A stretch of 62,414 nucleotides of DNA, filler included, from Basidiobolus meristosporus CBS 931.73 (taxonomy: Eukaryota > Fungi > Basidiobolomycota), in the NCBI GenBank assembly GCA_002104905.1. It is 3 parts of 3 records of this genome, joined end to end, with 100 filler letters (N's around TTAATTAATTAA, not from the genome) between each part and the next. Parts side by side here need not be neighbours in the genome. Positions count along the whole stretch, not along the records: positions 41,881 to 62,414 come from MCFE01001004.1; 2 more parts are not named here. One strand, written 5' to 3'. Both the position numbers and the translations under genes were made by a program. Positions 58,965 through 62,414 of this stretch are shown here, piece after piece (the first letter of the stretch is position 1; every line of letters begins with the position of its first letter). The notes beneath the pieces were generated by a model, which had not been told where the DNA came from, did not search any database, and was given only the letters and a program-made list of their open reading frames with translations.

Positions 58965-61900
58965 TGTTGTGAAATTTGTAATTCCACCTAAATATTCACC
59001 TAACTTAGTCACTTAGATCATTACCCTTAAATCCTAGAGAATACTGACCAAATTCCTTGTCGGGATTTACTTAGAATATTTTCACCAAAATACCAGATAC
59101 CCAGAACATGAAAATTCTCAAAGTTGTCCAAACAGCCCCAAACTTTGCACACATGTTCTTGGGACCTTCCTTAACCTATTCTATTTGTTTGTAATGCCAA
59201 GACCAGGTAAAAGTATAAATACTACTTCTACATTCAATAAATCATCAAGTGAAAACCACATAATCTACTTGTTCTCCAAATCACTTCCAATATCTCCAAG
59301 ACTCTTACAACAGGTTATGAGCCCCAAGCTGTCATTCTCTGCAATGTCCACTACTGCTATTACTGGAATTTTTCCCTCTGCTGAAAAGTTGGATGGATCT
59401 AACTACCAAGTGTGGAAGGTGAAGATGAAGATGCTGTTACAAGAAAGAGGCCTTTGGGATATTGTCATGGGAGAAGAATGCCCTCCTAAAAATGTGGGAG
59501 AGGAAGCCTTAAAGTACCAGAAGAAAGAACAAAGTGCCTTTAACTGCATTTGCCTTAATGTCAAGGACAAATTGCTAATTCAATGCTCAAGAGCAAAAAC
59601 GGCAAAGAATGCCTGGAAGGCATTAGAAGACACCTACCAGTCATGTTCAGCTGCCAAGAAAATGTATCTGAGACAAAAACTCTTTACTACAAAGATGCTG
59701 CCAGGAGAAGAAATGAAAAATCTAATTAACAGAATTACCCTGCTGGTAGATGAGATGGAATCTGTGGGCATACCCACTACTGATGAGGATGTGATAGTTA
59801 CCATCCTGAATAGCCTGACAGACAAGTTTCAGGGCCTTGTATCAGCCCTAGAGTCCAGAACTGAAGATTTGACTTTAAATTACGTATATGGAAGGCTCCT
59901 GGATGAAGAATTAAGAAAATCAAGCGCCAATAAGAAGGAAGAAGAAAATGCTTTAATAAGCAATGATAGTCAACAAAGGAGACACACAAGACCCTACAAA
60001 GGCAACAGCAACCTATTTTGCAACTACTGCAAAAGGAATGGACACACATCAGACCGGTGTCTCAAAAAGAGAGATTATCAGCAAAAGAAGCCTGAATATG
60101 GAAATGCTGCAACAACTGAAGACAGACTATTCATATCTGCACTAAATATGACCACAAACAAGGATTCTCAGACGTGGTATATTAACTCTGGAGCTTCTCA
60201 ACACTTTACACACCAAAAAGACCTTTTTACCCAATATCTAGAAATTCCAATTAAGAAGGTTTTCATGGGTGACAATAGAACACTTGATGCAGTGGGAGAA
60301 GGAACTATCCAAGTAAACCTTAGAAGCAGTGAAGGAAGCCATACACTGACCTTTAAAGAAGTACTCTATGTACCAGAAATAGCCAAGAACCTACTCTCTG
60401 TAAGCAAGGCCACAGCAGAAGGACTCAGTTTCAGTTTTGACAATTCTGGATGCAGGATCACTGATCAAAATGGTGCCCATATTGCTTTGGGCATCAGAGA
60501 TCAGAATCTATACAAGTTGACTTATATTCCATCATATTTGGAAGCCAATATAAGTAAATTAAATGAAGAAACACCAATGCTTTGGCACAGGAGATTTGGA
60601 CACATCAATTTTGATTATTTGCGCAAAATGATCAAAGATCAGCTAATTTCTGGAGTGAAAATTGATCCCCCAGCTAATTTGGAGCACTGTGAAGCCTGCA
60701 CATATGGGAAACAAGCTAGACAACCGTTCAAGAGCTCTGGGTTAATCAAAACTAAGAAAAAATTAGATCTAATTCACTCATATCTGTGTGGACCTATGCA
60801 AAATTTATCCTTAGGCGGGATGAAGTATTTAATCACTTTTATTGATGATTATACAAGATACACATGGGTCTACTTTATGGAGAGAAAGGACAAAGCTCTG
60901 TCTAAGTTCAGGGAATTTAAAGCCATGGTGGAGAGAGAAACTGGTGAAAAAATCAAGAAAATACGCTCTGACAATGGTGGAGAATATACCTCAAAACTCT
61001 TCATCCACTTCTGCAAAATTCATGGGATAAAGCAAGAGACTACTGTACCATACTCCCCACAGCAAAATGGAGTAGCAGAACAAGCTAACAGATCAATAAC
61101 TGATATGGCAAGATCTATGATCCATGATCAAAAATTATCCTATGATTTTTGGGCGGAATCAGTTGCCACTGCTGTATACCTTAAAAATAGGAGTAATAAC
61201 AGAATACTTTGTGATTCTACTCCATTTGAAGCATGGTATGGAAACAGACCAAGTGCAGAACATCTAAGAATATTTGGGTGTACAGCATATGCCAAAAAAC
61301 TGGCCAGAAATCAGTCAAAATATGAGCCAAAAAGTGTAGAATGCATATTTTTGGGCTACTGCAATGAGAGTAAGGCATACAGACTCTACAATACCAAAGC
61401 AAAGAAGCTGATCAAGTCCAGGGATGTGGTGTTTGATGAAAATTCAAAATTCTCACAAAAAATGACATCAGATGATGACAAAAATTTGATCTCAAGTCCA
61501 CCAATTGTCAGGATTGAATCAGAGCAAAACAATGAAAATTTTTTCACTCCAAAGGACTCTACAACCATGGTTCAGCCAGAATCAGTGCCCAGGAGTATCC
61601 CAGAAGTGATCATTCCAGTATCAAATGCCTGGAGATCCAATCAGACAAGAAATAGCCCAAATTACTATATTAATGAGGGTACAAACTTAGCCTATGCCTA
61701 TTCAGTCCATATTGATGAGCCCCAGACTGTAAAAGAGGCCCTAAATGGCCCTCAGACAAAGTTTTGGAGATCTGCAATGACTGAGGAATATCAGGCCCTG
61801 ATGGAAAATCAAACTTGGGACTTAGTCAAATTACCAATCAACCAAAAATCAATTGGATGCAGATGGGTCTTCAAGACAAAATACAAGGCTGATGGTACAA

Positions 61901-62414
61901 TTGAAAGATACAAAGCAAGACTTGTAGCCAAAGGATACTCTCAAACAAAAGGACTTGACTATACTGAGACCTTTGCTCCGGTAGCCAAGTTTAATTCCAT
62001 CAGATTAATATTGGCTATTGCAGCCAAATATAAGTTTTTTATTCATCAAATGGATGTAAAAACTGCATTTTTGAATGGAGAACTTGATGAGGACGTGTAT
62101 ATGGACCAGCCTGATGGGTTTGTTGACCAAGATAACCACCATTTGGTCTGCAAGCTTAAAAAGTCACTATATGGTCTCAAACAATCACCAAGAGCCTGGA
62201 ATTGCAAGATAGATTCTTATTTGGAATCTTTGAGTTTCAAAAGAGGTAATGCTGACTATAGTATATACTATAAGCCAGATAGAGCAAATCCAGTTCTATT
62301 AGCTCTATATGTGGATGATCTTATTATAGCCGCCAATAACCTAGAAACATTGGAAGAGATTAATCCAGCCTATCTAAGGAGTTCAAGATGTCCAATCTAG
62401 GAGAACTTAGTTAC
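58965..62414 (+). mobile_element. Ty1/Copia retrotransposon (5' LTR 58965-59312, PBS 59313-59324, gag-PR-IN-RT); runs off the window
   Basis: 348-bp LTR TGTTGT...ACAACA; PBS GGTTATGAGCCC; gag, CNYCKRNGHTSDRC knuckle, integrase SDNGGEY, RT ERYKARLVAKG, QMDVKTAFLNG, YVDD. Confidence 0.97.
59317..62400 (+). pseudogene. Copia polyprotein with inactivating lesions
   Basis: Protease catalytic D->N (WYINSGAS, codon 60124); integrase HSD->HSY (codon 60781); 1-bp frameshift at ~62360 after which the shifted frame continues SSLSKEFKMSNLGELSY. Confidence 0.88.

Noticed and set aside
59185-59316. ORF-track start of the Copia polyprotein at 59185
   Set aside because: Non-ATG start lying inside the LTR; the first plausible ATGs are 59317 and 59344.

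Overview
Eukaryotic, intron-rich DNA with ~50-65 nt GT-AG introns. It is most consistent with a fungus, probably an early-diverging lineage (inference from gene families, not proven). The window has four zones. (1) 1-15 kb: the 3' end of an MFS transporter, then Copia solo LTRs, then a three-gene polysaccharide-active island. The island holds an AA11-type LPMO with a CBM5/12 chitin-binding tail and two divergent GH16 beta-1,3-glucanases with identical 8-exon structures, including a 4-nt micro-exon. One GH16 is fused to a ~97-unit His/Ser/Thr/Glu-rich 19-aa repeat and a CBM19-like module. (2) 15-41.8 kb: a deeply nested transposon block with Copia relics, two CACTA/En-Spm relics, two PIF/Harbinger copies, a Gypsy element and two Gypsy solo LTRs. 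All Gypsy insertions sit in GCGG/CCGC sites, and CpG decay is pervasive. (3) 42-58 kb: ordinary genes (hemerythrin/HHE protein, BCKDH E1-beta, PPC decarboxylase, alpha-arrestin, Kin1/MARK-like kinase, Cbf1-like bHLH). (4) 58.4 kb to end: a defective Copia with a Ty5-type half-tRNA PBS, inserted into an older copy of its own family. Best leads: the LPMO plus GH16-His-stalk island, the CG-centred target specificity of the chromodomain-less Gypsy, and a CpG-free Harbinger transposase. Two assembly gaps (16763-16862, 41781-41880) limit long-range conclusions. All calls are by eye; no database searches were run.
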